Source of the DNA: an uncultured Gammaproteobacteria bacterium
GTDB lineage: Bacteria > Patescibacteriota > Patescibacteriia > UBA9570 > XYC2-FULL-38-9
Direction: 5' to 3'
Assembly (NCBI GenBank): GCA_964492735.1
Contig: CAZBLE010000001.1
Location: 13,218 to 77,217 of the forward strand
DNA length: 64,000 nt
This document shows, piece by piece, positions 39,725 through 49,891 of this stretch (its first letter is position 1; each line of letters starts with the position of its first letter). The position numbers and the translations under genes are program-made. The notes under the pieces were generated by a model. That model was not told the DNA's origin, ran no database searches, and was given only the letters and a program-made list of their open reading frames with translations.

Positions 39725-40981
39725 TTACTGCATTGCTGTTTTAAGGTCTTCAACAAATTGTTTGATTTCATCGCGCGTGTGAGTCGCTGCAATTTGCGCA
39801 CGAATTTCGTCGCGACCTTTTGGCACAACTGGGTAGCTAATATTTGTTACTAAATATCCACGATCAAACATCGCCTGAACAAGCGCTTTGGTTTTTAATG
39901 TTTCACCAATCAGAACTGGTTGAATTGGATGATCAGACGGTGCTGCAAGTTCAATGCCAGCTTCTTTCAGCAACTCTTTGAAATAGACAATGTTGTCTTG
40001 TGATTGTTTGAGCAACTGCGTTCCTTCTGCAGAGTCCACAATTTCAACCGCTTTGAGCGCAGCGCCAGCAGTGCCTGGTGAAATAGAATTACTATAAATA
40101 TACGTCGCTGACGATTCACGCAAATAGTCGATGAGTACTTGGTCGCCCACGACATATCCGCCGTCTGCGCCAAACCCTTTTCCGAGTGTACCGACTAGCA
40201 GATCGGCTTTTACTCCTTCAATTTCTTCCACGCCGCGACCAGTTTCGCCGCACGCTGCGACGCCATGACAATCATCAACCACCAAGAGAATACCTTGTTC
40301 ATATGAGGCTTGATGCCTGTCAATCACTGCTTGCATTTGCGCAAGATGCTGATATTCGCCGAGCATTGAAAACACGCCATCGGTGACGATCACGACACGT
40401 TTGTGTTTGCCGGCATATTCTGTCAGCAAACGATCAAGATCTTCAATATTCATGTGATCAAAAATCAGACGGTTATCTTTTGCAAGACCAGAAATACGCA
40501 CACCGTCAATGATACTGCGGTGATTGAGCGCGTCAGAAATCATCAGCACATCTGAATCAATCAATGCATCTTTTGTTAGGCCATTGACCAAACAAAACAA
40601 CACAGCGAGATTGGTCGCAAAGGCTGATGAATACACAATCGCATCTTCACGGCCATGAAATTTCGCTAAAGCTTTTTCAAGATCGCGATGGACTTTAAGT
40701 GACCCTGAAATAAATCGCACTGCCCCCGGCCCTGCGCCATACTGCTCACTTGCTACATGTTCTGCGGCTTTGACTTCTGGGTGATGACGCAATCCTAAAT
40801 AATCATTTGAATTAAAAATGCCATATTCTTTGTTGTCGATCACAGCCTTTGGAAAAGCGTCTTTTGAAAATCCTTCAATAATGCGCTCTCGACGTTTTGT
40901 GATACCGGCCGCATCAATGCGATCAATTTCGGCTTGCAGCATGCTGCGGAATGAATCGTTCATAGAATTATTGAATACCAA
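39725..40981 (-). CDS. kbl: 2-amino-3-ketobutyrate CoA ligase (glycine C-acetyltransferase), class II aminotransferase
   Basis: AONS/Kbl family with PLP-Lys context GTLGKGFG. Adjacent to tdh with a 14-nt overlap. Confidence 0.75.
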   Translation of the reverse strand: MVFNNSMNDSFRSMLQAEIDRIDAAGITKRRERIIEGFSKDAFPKAVIDNKEYGIFNSNDYLGLRHHPEVKAAEHVASEQYGAGPGAVRFISGSLKVHRDLEKALAKFHGREDAIVYSSAFATNLAVLFCLVNGLTKDALIDSDVLMISDALNHRSIIDGVRISGLAKDNRLIFDHMNIEDLDRLLTEYAGKHKRVVIVTDGVFSMLGEYQHLAQMQAVIDRHQASYEQGILLVVDDCHGVAACGETGRGVEEIEGVKADLLVGTLGKGFGADGGYVVGDQVLIDYLRESSATYIYSNSISPGTAGAALKAVEIVDSAEGTQLLKQSQDNIVYFKELLKEAGIELAAPSDHPIQPVLIGETLKTKALVQAMFDRGYLVTNISYPVVPKGRDEIRAQIAATHTRDEIKQFVEDLKTAMQ

Positions 40982-41909
40982 ATTTTTTCTTCAGCTCAGC
41001 AATCATCACTTCCGTCATTTTTGTGAGATCAAACGCATGACTCCAACCCCAATCCTTTCGAGCAGCTGAATCATCAATTGTTTGCGGCCATGAATCAGCG
41101 ATAGCTTGTCGGTGGTCTGGATTATATGTGACGGCAACTGGTAACTGTTTGTTGATTTCTTCTGCGAGTTCCTGCGCAGTAAACGAAATCGCCGCGAGAT
41201 TATAACTTGTGCGGACGGTGAGTGTTTCTGCTGGTGCGTTCATTAAATCAATTGTCGCTTTCACCGCATCATCCATATACATCATCGGCAATTTTGTTTC
41301 TGGTTTCACAAAGCAATCATATTTGCCAGTTTGTAATCCATCATAAAAAATCGCAACAGCAAAATCAGTTGTTCCCCCACCCGGCGGTGTTTTCCAACTA
41401 ATGATTCCAGGATAGCGAACACTACGAACATCAACGCCAAATTTATTAAAATAATATTGGCACAATAATTCACCAGCAACTTTTGTCACGCCATACATTG
41501 TTGATGGCTCAAGCACAGTGTGTTGAGGAGTGTCAACGCGCGGAGTTGTTGGTCCGAAAGCAGCAATAGAGCTTGGCCAAAAAATGCGGAGTTTATATTC
41601 AACTGCTAAATCGAGCACATGGCGCAATGAGTCCATATTGGTGTTCCATGTGAACACTGGATCAACTTCCCCTTTTGCACTCAAAATCGACACCAAGTGA
41701 TAAATCGTATCAATCTTGTGTTCTTCAATAATTGCGCGCATTTGCTCTTTGTCTGTTGCGTCGCATTTAATAGCGATACCATCAAAATCATCGGGTAATG
41801 TGTTGTTATAGCCTGCAATGACATGCTCTTTGCCGAATTGTTGTTGAAGCGCTGGAACGAGCTCTGAGCCGATTTGCCCGAATGCGCCGGTAATGAGGAT
41901 ATTATTCAT
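40968..41909 (-). CDS. tdh: L-threonine 3-dehydrogenase (NAD-dependent epimerase/dehydratase-fold type)
   Basis: ITGAFGQIGSEL Rossmann motif, extended-SDR fold, and operon context with kbl. Confidence 0.7.
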   Translation of the reverse strand: MNNILITGAFGQIGSELVPALQQQFGKEHVIAGYNNTLPDDFDGIAIKCDATDKEQMRAIIEEHKIDTIYHLVSILSAKGEVDPVFTWNTNMDSLRHVLDLAVEYKLRIFWPSSIAAFGPTTPRVDTPQHTVLEPSTMYGVTKVAGELLCQYYFNKFGVDVRSVRYPGIISWKTPPGGGTTDFAVAIFYDGLQTGKYDCFVKPETKLPMMYMDDAVKATIDLMNAPAETLTVRTSYNLAAISFTAQELAEEINKQLPVAVTYNPDHRQAIADSWPQTIDDSAARKDWGWSHAFDLTKMTEVMIAELKKKFGIQ

Positions 41910-41977
41910 GCTCAGACTATAGCATAATGGGATAATTTTAGAAAAATTATGGTTTTAATACCCAAATTATAGTACCA

Positions 41978-42445
41978 CTATACGTTCATGAATTTTTTCT
42001 TCGCAAGGTAAAAATGTATTACTGGAATTGCGATAGCTATACAAACTGTAATAAATGCCGTATGTACAGCCGTAGCAAAAACCACCTGCTTTAATACATC
42101 GCTCGGGATATATGCGAACTTGAAGGAAACAAAATGAATAAACATAATACTCAAAAATATTAACCCCATTACTCCCCCAAGTGTCCAAAATAAATTTTTA
42201 GTGTGTAACAAATGATCTTGTTTCATTATTAATAATTGACGGACAAAATATGGCACGATCAATAAAAGGTAAGATAATAAAAATATTGGAAAAAGATAGA
42301 TAGCGAAATTGAGAAAGTTATTAGGTGTAATAAAAGGCAACGTTTGCATGAACAATGAAAATGCAATCACCGGCAGACTTAGCTGTGTGATCAATTTTTG
42401 TAAATCTTTTAGAGTTTGCATAGGTCTGTAAATTTTTATTGACAC
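41978..42445 (-). CDS. Hypothetical polytopic membrane protein
   Basis: 155 aa with about 4 TM. Confidence 0.45.
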   Translation of the reverse strand: MSIKIYRPMQTLKDLQKLITQLSLPVIAFSLFMQTLPFITPNNFLNFAIYLFPIFLLSYLLLIVPYFVRQLLIMKQDHLLHTKNLFWTLGGVMGLIFLSIMFIHFVSFKFAYIPSDVLKQVVFATAVHTAFITVCIAIAIPVIHFYLAKKKFMNV

Positions 42446-42858
42446 TCTTTATTCAAAATACGTTCACGAATTTTTTGTTCGTCCTGTTCTTCAAAAACAG
42501 TTTTTAAATTTAACTCGTCACTGCGATTTATGCAATATAAGTATACTTGTTTCGTCTCATGAACATAATTCATATAAAATTCACGCTCACTATTTGCATA
42601 CACTATATCACTCTGTCCGTATGGAAGGACTTCAAATGTTGCATTAGGATACTGTTCAAGAAATAATTGAATCACAGGATTATTTTTCATTGCTTGAATG
42701 CGCCTTTCTACCTCTTTATCTTGTTGATAACCGTGAATAAAAAAAGCCAACAAAAGACAAATTAAAATTGCAAGGGCAAAAACTAAAAAGAAAATGAAAC
42801 GTTTATTTGTCATATGTATTATTTTATTTCCCAACCTTGGTAAACCCCCGGCGTACAA
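42436..42858 (-). CDS. Hypothetical N-terminally anchored small protein, paralog of the next gene
   Basis: 140 aa with an N-terminal TM. LEQYPNATFEVLPYGQSDIVYANSE...VYLYCINRSDE parallels FEKQYPGVVKEKLYGRNYVIRYHV...LYLACEGSQ in the next gene. Confidence 0.45.
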   Translation of the reverse strand: MYAGGLPRLGNKIIHMTNKRFIFFLVFALAILICLLLAFFIHGYQQDKEVERRIQAMKNNPVIQLFLEQYPNATFEVLPYGQSDIVYANSEREFYMNYVHETKQVYLYCINRSDELNLKTVFEEQDEQKIRERILNKECQ

Positions 42859-43220
42859 ATAGCTTCCTGCTGAATCATTACTTTAAATTCATCAGGCGTA
42901 ATATTTTTTACTGGCTCACTCTCCAACTGACTGCCTTCACATGCTAGATAGAGACGCTTATATGAATCTGTCGCTAAAGCAAATTCTGAATCTTTTAGTT
43001 GAACATGATAACGAATTACATAATTACGACCATATAACTTTTCCTTTACCACTCCAGGGTACTGTTTTTCAAAAGCTTGAAATATTTCATCTTTCTGCAC
43101 TGTCCTGTAAGCTTGATTTGCTGGTTGATAAAATAAATACCCCCAGACAATGAATGCAAAACATAAAATAATTGCACTGGCTGATACAGCAATAAGAATA
43201 TAGAAGGGGATTTTTTTCAT
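42819..43220 (-). CDS. Hypothetical N-terminally anchored small protein, paralog of the previous gene
   Basis: 133 aa with an N-terminal TM and sequence similarity to 42436..42858. Confidence 0.45.
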   Translation of the reverse strand: MKKIPFYILIAVSASAIILCFAFIVWGYLFYQPANQAYRTVQKDEIFQAFEKQYPGVVKEKLYGRNYVIRYHVQLKDSEFALATDSYKRLYLACEGSQLESEPVKNITPDEFKVMIQQEAICTPGVYQGWEIK

Positions 43221-43261
43221 CGGATAAAAAATATTATTCTGACTTTTGATTAAAAAGAATG

Positions 43262-43307
43262 CTGAGAATTAGCAGTAAATCACTAAGATTACTACTAATT
43301 CTCAGAG
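43262..43307 (-). terminator. Rho-independent terminator of high-GC lipoprotein gene 43326..44024
   Basis: 17-bp stem CTGAGAATTAGCAGTAA/TTACTACTAATTCTCAG with one mismatch, followed on the minus strand by TTTTT. Confidence 0.6.
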
Positions 43308-43325
43308 AAGACCTCGGCCTGAAAG

Positions 43326-44024
43326 CTACCGCATCTGCTTGAGCTGCATGTGCGCCATGTAGGAATCGAGGGACTTCGGCCAACAGGCATAGACACTGTG
43401 CTGTCCGTTGCCGTCGTTCTTGTAGATCTCGACGCCGTAGTGACCCTCCCAGGCCCAGAGGTAGAGGCGAGGCCACCAGTGGGAGGAGTAAGCCTTCAGC
43501 TTGGACTGCTGCCCACGGTAGTCACGGTTCATCCAGAAGCTAACCACCCAATCATCGTTGCCGCACTGTGCCGGCTTCGTGTAGAAGTAGCAGTTGGGCG
43601 ACCAGATGTTGGAGTAGTTTGTTCCTGAATCATAAGGCACTTCACCGAAGCCAATGATGCGACCATCCTTGTAGTGACAGTCCGGCAGGAAGGTCGGCGG
43701 CGGAGCCTTCTGTCCGTCCATGTTGATGATCGTGTCATCGGGATCATCGTGAGGAATACCGAAGTACTCGATCGCGTCGATAAGATCCTGACGCTCCTCA
43801 GCACTCATGCCCTCGACGACCGTGAAGTCATCGACCTTGAGCTGCTCAACGATCTGAACCACCTCGTCGTAGGTCCAGCCGCGGAACTCCTCGGCCTGCT
43901 CAAACGCCTGGCTGTCGATGCTCGACTCCTCCGTACAACCACCGGTGAAGGCGGTGAGGACGAAGGTGAGCAGCAGGTACATGACCTGCCACTTGAGGAT
44001 GATACGCGACATGGCGCGCTCCAT
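43326..44024 (-). CDS. High-GC secreted lipoprotein-like protein (variable cargo 2 of the conserved 5' module)
   Basis: N-terminal 32 aa identical to gene 26039..26392. The mature part (Trp/Tyr-rich, ...WWPRLYLWAWEGHYGVEIYKNDGNG...) is unrelated to it. About 60% GC. Confidence 0.65.
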   Translation of the reverse strand: MERAMSRIILKWQVMYLLLTFVLTAFTGGCTEESSIDSQAFEQAEEFRGWTYDEVVQIVEQLKVDDFTVVEGMSAEERQDLIDAIEYFGIPHDDPDDTIINMDGQKAPPPTFLPDCHYKDGRIIGFGEVPYDSGTNYSNIWSPNCYFYTKPAQCGNDDWVVSFWMNRDYRGQQSKLKAYSSHWWPRLYLWAWEGHYGVEIYKNDGNGQHSVYACWPKSLDSYMAHMQLKQMR

Positions 44025-44272
44025 TGTACTGCTCGCTGCGGGTTGTTGCTGGGCTTCGAGTGACGAAACAACAGCAGGTGCAACGAGTCTGAACGAATCT
44101 CTTCGCCAGAAGGAAAGGCGCGAGGGTGGACCCGGGCTTCTTTCTGGAAAGTGATTCGCTGATATTGTGAATGAACTATAGAAGAATCATACGCAAGCCT
44201 TCTTGCTTTTGTATATGGCGAAAAAACGCCGTCTGGGGAAAACTCAAAAAACCCTAAACATTAGATAAAAAA
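43931..44272 (-). repeat. Conserved 5' module, copy 2
   Basis: About 99% identical to 26299..26642. Sequence further upstream (putative -35 region) diverges between the copies. Confidence 0.9.
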
Positions 44273-44334
44273 TCAATGGCTCATTTTAAAAAGTCGCCAG
44301 AATCGGGGTATTTTGCTACTGTTGTCTATATTGT

Positions 44335-45039
44335 ATGACATCACAGACACCCACAATTTTCACTCTCCCACTCACTGACCTATCTCGTGACGCTATTATT
44401 GCGACAGCCTTAAAACGTAGCGCGGAAGAAAAAAATACCTGGATTGCGACCGTTAATCCAGAAATTTTGTTACATGCACATCGTGACGCTGCGTATCACG
44501 CAACGCTCCAAAAAGCAGACATGCGCGTTGTCGATGGCTTTGGTGCCAAGCTATTTTCTGGCGTGCAACATCGCATCACTGGCGTTGAACTAACAATGAC
44601 ATATCTTTCATATGCCGCAGAACATCAACTGTCTGTATTGTGCATTGTGCGACCAGATGGACTATCAAGCCCTGCAGCAATTCAAGCTACCGTCGCAGAG
44701 CGCTACCCTGGAATCAATCTCACAGTCACAACACCCCAAGATGATTACACATCAATCGCCAAAACACTGAGCCCAAAAATTGTGCTGTGCAGTGTTGGTT
44801 TTCCAAATCAAGAAACAATTCTCGAAGCACTGCAACCACATCTCCATGGAACAGTCAGCATTGGTATCGGCGGAACATTCGACTTTTTACTTGGTGCAAA
44901 AAAACGCGCTCCTCAAATATTTCAAACCCTTGGCATTGAATGGCTCTGGCGACTGATTCAACAACCAACCCGAATCAGCCGCATATTCAATGCAGTCATC
45001 GTCTTCCCGCTCACTGTTTTATTTCGTTCAAAAAAATAA
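44335..45039 (+). CDS. WecB/TagA/CpsF-family glycosyltransferase
   Basis: ...TVNPEILLHAH..., ...VVDGFGAKLFSG... and ...CSVGFPNQETILE... match conserved family blocks. Confidence 0.7.
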   Translation: MTSQTPTIFTLPLTDLSRDAIIATALKRSAEEKNTWIATVNPEILLHAHRDAAYHATLQKADMRVVDGFGAKLFSGVQHRITGVELTMTYLSYAAEHQLSVLCIVRPDGLSSPAAIQATVAERYPGINLTVTTPQDDYTSIAKTLSPKIVLCSVGFPNQETILEALQPHLHGTVSIGIGGTFDFLLGAKKRAPQIFQTLGIEWLWRLIQQPTRISRIFNAVIVFPLTVLFRSKK

Positions 45040-45049
45040 TGCACGTTGT

Positions 45050-46072
45050 ATGAATAAATTATTCCTTGCAATTATAGGCCTCCTACTTCTTGGTGCCGCT
45101 GGATATTGGTGGCTCGCACAATATAACCTTGCGGATGACAGTGTGGTTCATACAGAAGTAAATGCCGTGAAACAAGCTGTTGATCAATATATTCCACTTG
45201 AGAGAGATGATGAACACAAAACACTCTCTGTGAGTTTTGCAACAACAAAACTCAGTGATATTGAACATCATGATCTATTCGAAACACCACTTCCTTCATA
45301 TACTCCTTCAGATACCCTACTTGCTGATGCAGAAAAAATAGAAAATATTTTCACGTTGAATACACCATTGACAGCAACCCGCTATGACCAAAGTTTTGCA
45401 AGCACACCTCTCTACTCGCTTGAAATTCTTAAAGGCGGCACGCGTCATGCACTCTACACAGAAATTGAATCCCGAGTTGATAGCAGTATGCTCTCACCAG
45501 ACAAAACACACGTTTATATAACGAATGCAATAGAAAAAAATAACGCCTGGGTTCAGGTTCATCGCATCATTACTATCGATTCCAAAAAAATAATTGAACT
45601 TCCTGCTATTGACTGTGTTTCAGAAGAAGGATATTGGCAAGGATCGGACAGGCTAATTACCTATGGCGCGACTCCAGAATTAGGTGGTCGGGAATCAACT
45701 CCTGTTTGCGTGTGGTCTGCTGATGGATCTTTGCTCACACGACTGACAGCAGATTTGTATTGGGCAACAGACGCGTCAGCCGCCTATCTCTACGACGCTG
45801 TTGGTATTGTTCCACAAAAACCATCACTGTTATGGATCTATGCACGAAGCGCTGAACATGAATGTTCGCTGTCTGTGTATGACACGGAGACGAAACAACG
45901 TGATGTACAAAAAGTGATCAACGGTGCACTAGACAAAAGTGATGATAACAACAATCGCTGCGCACCAATCCAAATCAATTTTTCTCAATACAACGGAACT
46001 GCGGAAAGTATAACAACAGAATTTGTAGAGGCGGATTCTCCATTGGATGTCATCCGATCGAAAAATGAATAA
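45050..46072 (+). CDS. Hypothetical secreted or anchored protein
   Basis: Start at MNKLFLAIIGLLLLGAAGYWWL (signal/anchor); 340 aa; no domain recognised. Confidence 0.5.
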   Translation: MNKLFLAIIGLLLLGAAGYWWLAQYNLADDSVVHTEVNAVKQAVDQYIPLERDDEHKTLSVSFATTKLSDIEHHDLFETPLPSYTPSDTLLADAEKIENIFTLNTPLTATRYDQSFASTPLYSLEILKGGTRHALYTEIESRVDSSMLSPDKTHVYITNAIEKNNAWVQVHRIITIDSKKIIELPAIDCVSEEGYWQGSDRLITYGATPELGGRESTPVCVWSADGSLLTRLTADLYWATDASAAYLYDAVGIVPQKPSLLWIYARSAEHECSLSVYDTETKQRDVQKVINGALDKSDDNNNRCAPIQINFSQYNGTAESITTEFVEADSPLDVIRSKNE

Positions 46073-46700
46073 CAAAAAAAGGCGGTCTGTGCATCATCCC
46101 CGCAATGCATACCACCTTTGTGAACCGCCGCGCGATCGCGTGCCGGTTCGGTCGCTCCTACCCCCTCCTCTTGCTCTACTCCTCTTTTTTTTGTTTTTGA
46201 AAGTTTTTCGCGCATTGCGGCGCGATAACAAATGCTGCAAACAATTGCACAAGAACCAGCATGGTCGCAAATTTGATCATTCTACCCCCTGTTGGGTGAG
46301 CTTGGCGACACAACCACTGTGCCTGCCATAGAGCGGTATACTCCTCCTGTATAAAAAAACAAGAGGGTCTTATTTTGACCGGTGGATAACTCATTTATTC
46401 CTTTATAATAGACAAAATTTCCCCCTCTTCGTGCAATAGTGTGGTCAGAAAACCCCAACCAAACTCGCACAGATTAGGAAGATATAACCAAGCGGAAACC
46501 CGCTTGCATCCACTGCCATTGCAACGAGCTCGGTTACAATGAACAGCCCAATCAAAATATCAAGCCCCTGAAACAGGGACACCGTCGGGACAATCTCCCG
46601 ACGAGGCTTCACCTCATCGCCACGATCCTCCATGCGCGCCCCCAATGTTTTGTTGCGGGTACAGCCTACTCTCTTTTACAATAGAGAGTCAATATCCTGT

Positions 46701-46997
46701 TTAGAAAAAAGGTGGATAAATAACACCAAATTGAATCAGCGCAAAAAGAACCCCGATTTGCAGGGCAATAATCACAATCAGCGGCAATTGAAATGAGAGC
46801 TTTTTTGTTTTATGTCGAAATTGATTCATGGCGAGCAAAGCTCCAATAGACCCACCGATCAGTGCCAAAAACCACAAGGTTTTTTCCGGGGTACGCCAGC
46901 GGTGTGAATTCGCTTGCGCCTTATCAAGGCCATACGCCAAAAATGTCACAGCGTTGATGATTATGATATAGCCAATAACAATTTGCTCAATAGTCAT
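46701..46997 (-). CDS. DUF1294-domain membrane protein
   Basis: ...YGLDKAQANSHRWRTPEKTLWFLALIGGSIGALLAMNQFRHKTKK... is the DUF1294 signature. Confidence 0.65.
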   Translation of the reverse strand: MTIEQIVIGYIIIINAVTFLAYGLDKAQANSHRWRTPEKTLWFLALIGGSIGALLAMNQFRHKTKKLSFQLPLIVIIALQIGVLFALIQFGVIYPPFF

Positions 46998-48400
46998 ACT
47001 TTTTTTGAGGGAAATAATTCTTCACGCCAGCGACCAGCTTGCATCATATCAAGTGCATCGTTAATGGAATGCGTATGTATATATCGTTGCAATCGGACAT
47101 ACAATCCTGGAGCAAATGCCTCATTGATAGCACGCAGTAGTGCCTTTGTGTGAACTGGCGATGAAACAGTTGTTACTGATTCTTGTCGTGTGTTTTCTGT
47201 ATAGGCTTTCAAAAATAATTCTTCCGGAATCACTTTTTTGAATACTGCGTATAACCCTGTCTCTTCTTTGTGATTTTGATTCAGGGCAATATCTTCAGGA
47301 AATAGCGCATTGTGAATATCTACTGTTATCGCTTCATTTAACCATTCTAAGTCTCGGTTTGGTGTTCCAATAAATGACAAGCCTTCTTTTGTCGACAAGT
47401 AATCTATAACCGCACCTGCCTCAGCTAATGGATCATAAATCAAACCTTCTGGCCCAAACATTTCTGGGTCACTACTTGCCATATCCTCAGTGATCATGCG
47501 ATCAATTTCCACACTATTCTCAACACTGCCGGAAATACGCACAAATGGCCGCTGTCCAGATATGACAGCATGAACCAATTCATGCATCACTGTACTTTTT
47601 TCTTCTTCTAAGGCTCGTGCGCGTGATGGTTCTGTGTCATCAGAAATACCAAGCAACATCGGATTTAAGAAAATCATAATTCTATCTTGATATTGTTGAT
47701 ACGCACCAAAACACATGGTATCACTCAATGGAGCACGCATGAGATCCCCACTATCAAACACCAAAAACTGCAAACGCTCTGCAATCAGCTGTTCGTCAAT
47801 ATCGAGTTGATGTTCACGAACATACGCAACAGCTCGGTTTTGAAATTCTTCCATGTATTGAATAACGCGCTCTTGAAAACGTGCATGTTCAACAGCTATT
47901 TGATCAGCATGTGTAGTCAAAGTCAGCTCTTGTAAATCTTGAGGTAATTGAGCAAAATCATTTTGCATAATCCGTGCGATAGATTGTGGTGAAGCTTTTG
48001 GATCTTTTAACCAGCTTTGCACTACTGGATGTTGCCGCACTTCTTGCGAGCGTAATACGGATAAGAAAAAATTGAACACCAAACTATAATGCTCAGAATA
48101 TTTCCTGCTATTCACTGCATCTATCAAATGTTGAATTTCAGAAAAAATACCTTTATTCAGTACCTCTATCAATAATTCTACACCCTCTACCCTCTCGTTA
48201 GAGGCAGTCTGTAATTGAGCTTTTAATTGCTCAATGTTTTTATGTAAACTTGGAATTGAAGCGCCCAGTATATTATCAGCATACTTTGCTCCATCACGCT
48301 CTGCAATATTCTGCTCTTGTAATAACTCTCGATTACCCTGATACGCGGGATGATCAATTCCAATCGGCTTTTGCTTACGATAACTGTATTCAGTGGACAT
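46994..48400 (-). CDS. Hypothetical protein with an HExxH (zincin-like) motif
   Basis: 468 aa with VMHELVHAV and no signal peptide. 4-nt overlap with the DUF1294 gene. Confidence 0.45.
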   Translation of the reverse strand: MSTEYSYRKQKPIGIDHPAYQGNRELLQEQNIAERDGAKYADNILGASIPSLHKNIEQLKAQLQTASNERVEGVELLIEVLNKGIFSEIQHLIDAVNSRKYSEHYSLVFNFFLSVLRSQEVRQHPVVQSWLKDPKASPQSIARIMQNDFAQLPQDLQELTLTTHADQIAVEHARFQERVIQYMEEFQNRAVAYVREHQLDIDEQLIAERLQFLVFDSGDLMRAPLSDTMCFGAYQQYQDRIMIFLNPMLLGISDDTEPSRARALEEEKSTVMHELVHAVISGQRPFVRISGSVENSVEIDRMITEDMASSDPEMFGPEGLIYDPLAEAGAVIDYLSTKEGLSFIGTPNRDLEWLNEAITVDIHNALFPEDIALNQNHKEETGLYAVFKKVIPEELFLKAYTENTRQESVTTVSSPVHTKALLRAINEAFAPGLYVRLQRYIHTHSINDALDMMQAGRWREELFPSKKV

Positions 48401-48447
48401 GCCTATAGTATAGCAAATATATAGAAGTACTTAAATTATTATGAGAG

Positions 48448-48957
48448 TTGTGTTACGCTCAAGGCATGTTTAAAAGATCATGCGCACACGCTCAATTTAC
48501 GCCCCACCCTATTCCACGCATTGCGAATATTGGAACGAACCTCGGCACTGAATACACCATTGGTCATTGCGCGAAATGCAATGCTCCATTGATTGATGCC
48601 TATGTTGTAGCAACAAACACTCACACAATCACCCCGGTTGATCCACTGGTGATTGAAGGAGCCCTGCAGCAATATGACACGGCAACACGAAATGCGTATG
48701 TAACTGATTGTCTCAATCAAGAATTATCACTCCCGGAATTGGTGCAAAAATATCAGATCTTTCAAGTTGGTGATGTTGTGTACGTTGACTCATGGGATGA
48801 GCTTGTTGGAGGCACGGCGACTATTTCCGGCATCAAAGACGGGATGCTGACATTTATTGATCTCCCTGGATTAGAATATTCCAGCAAAGAACTCTTTGAA
48901 CACCAAGCAGCGCTCCGCGCACATTTCGGCGAACAAAAAGCCCAGTATCAATATTAG
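48448..48957 (+). CDS. Hypothetical protein
   Basis: 169 aa ORF translationally coupled to the next gene (stop/start overlap at 48957). Confidence 0.4.
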   Translation: MCYAQGMFKRSCAHAQFTPHPIPRIANIGTNLGTEYTIGHCAKCNAPLIDAYVVATNTHTITPVDPLVIEGALQQYDTATRNAYVTDCLNQELSLPELVQKYQIFQVGDVVYVDSWDELVGGTATISGIKDGMLTFIDLPGLEYSSKELFEHQAALRAHFGEQKAQYQY

Positions 48958-49781
48958 TGATATTAGACAAAATTGGAGAGACTTATTATCATAGGGCAAT
49001 GAAAGAGCCTGGATTTACACCACAACGACCCACCCAAGAACAACATCGTGAGGGTCATTGGAGCTATGAAGAGCTAAAACGTCGTATTGTTGACACCTAT
49101 ACAGATGGCGAAGGAAATTTGATTCCATTTTCAGAACTCCCAAAAAGCGTAGATATTGGAATTATGGGAACAAAGACACTAGAATGTGTCCGACGTATGA
49201 ATGAAGATCCAGAACACCGAGAACATGGCATGTCGATTGTCTATGACCCCGGCAATCGCAGATTGTTGATACAGAAGGATGATAAAATAACCGTTGGTGA
49301 AAAAAGAGAGATCGCCAATAAACAGACACTATTTCGAACGGGAACGGGTGAAATTTCAGCACTTGCCGGACATATTCATACACACCCAACAATGGATCCA
49401 TTTAGCTTTAAAGATATACTCTCGTTGTTATTTGGAATAAAAATCCGCATCAGAGATACAAAAATCTATCAACCAATGCATCTTTCTATTCTCGGAAATG
49501 TGGATGGCTCTCTTAGTTTATTATTCGCTGGACGTGAGAGTATAGGAAGAGGAGATATTTCCGAGGAATTGATCAAAGCTAAGTATTATGAGCTTGTCAA
49601 GAAGCGTCTGGAGACAATACCAAAAAAACAAAAAATGGGACTCGCGGCAGACTACGCTATTATCGATGCCAGTCATGTGGCTATTGCACAGCTTGCCGAA
49701 GAATTTGGCCTCGGCTATTATCGCGGTAATGAGTCAGGTATCTTGCGACGCTTTCGCGTGAAAAAACCCGCGCAAGAATAA
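48957..49781 (+). CDS. Hypothetical protein with a JAB/MPN-like HxH...S..D motif
   Basis: GHIHTHPTMDPFSFKD approximates the JAMM metalloprotease motif HxHx7Sx2D (spacing off by one). Tentative. Confidence 0.35.
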   Translation: MILDKIGETYYHRAMKEPGFTPQRPTQEQHREGHWSYEELKRRIVDTYTDGEGNLIPFSELPKSVDIGIMGTKTLECVRRMNEDPEHREHGMSIVYDPGNRRLLIQKDDKITVGEKREIANKQTLFRTGTGEISALAGHIHTHPTMDPFSFKDILSLLFGIKIRIRDTKIYQPMHLSILGNVDGSLSLLFAGRESIGRGDISEELIKAKYYELVKKRLETIPKKQKMGLAADYAIIDASHVAIAQLAEEFGLGYYRGNESGILRRFRVKKPAQE

Positions 49782-49853
49782 CTACTCCTCCCCTTCAAAC
49801 TCCTCCATCTCTTTCAGCAGTTTTTTGAATTTGCGAGATGGGTATTGTAGGTG
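49782..49853 (-). repeat. Duplicated dnaJ 3' end, direct repeat copy A (remnant of the last ~23 codons plus a stop)
   Basis: The reverse complement encodes ...YPSRKFKKLLKEMEEFEGEE* ; about 94% identical to the dnaJ terminus at 51178..51249. Confidence 0.8.
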
Positions 49854-49891
49854 TAATAAAAACTAATCACAGTATAGAAAAAAACAGCTGT

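Noticed and set aside
46073-46444. Possible structured ncRNA (GC-rich palindrome GAACCGCCGCGCGATCGCGTGCCGGTTC followed by a T-run)
   Set aside because: No match to any RNA family I can recognise (SRP RNA, tmRNA, RNase P, 6S). It could simply be a terminator for the upstream plus-strand gene with overlapping small ORFs. It is mentioned under the accessory-block finding only.
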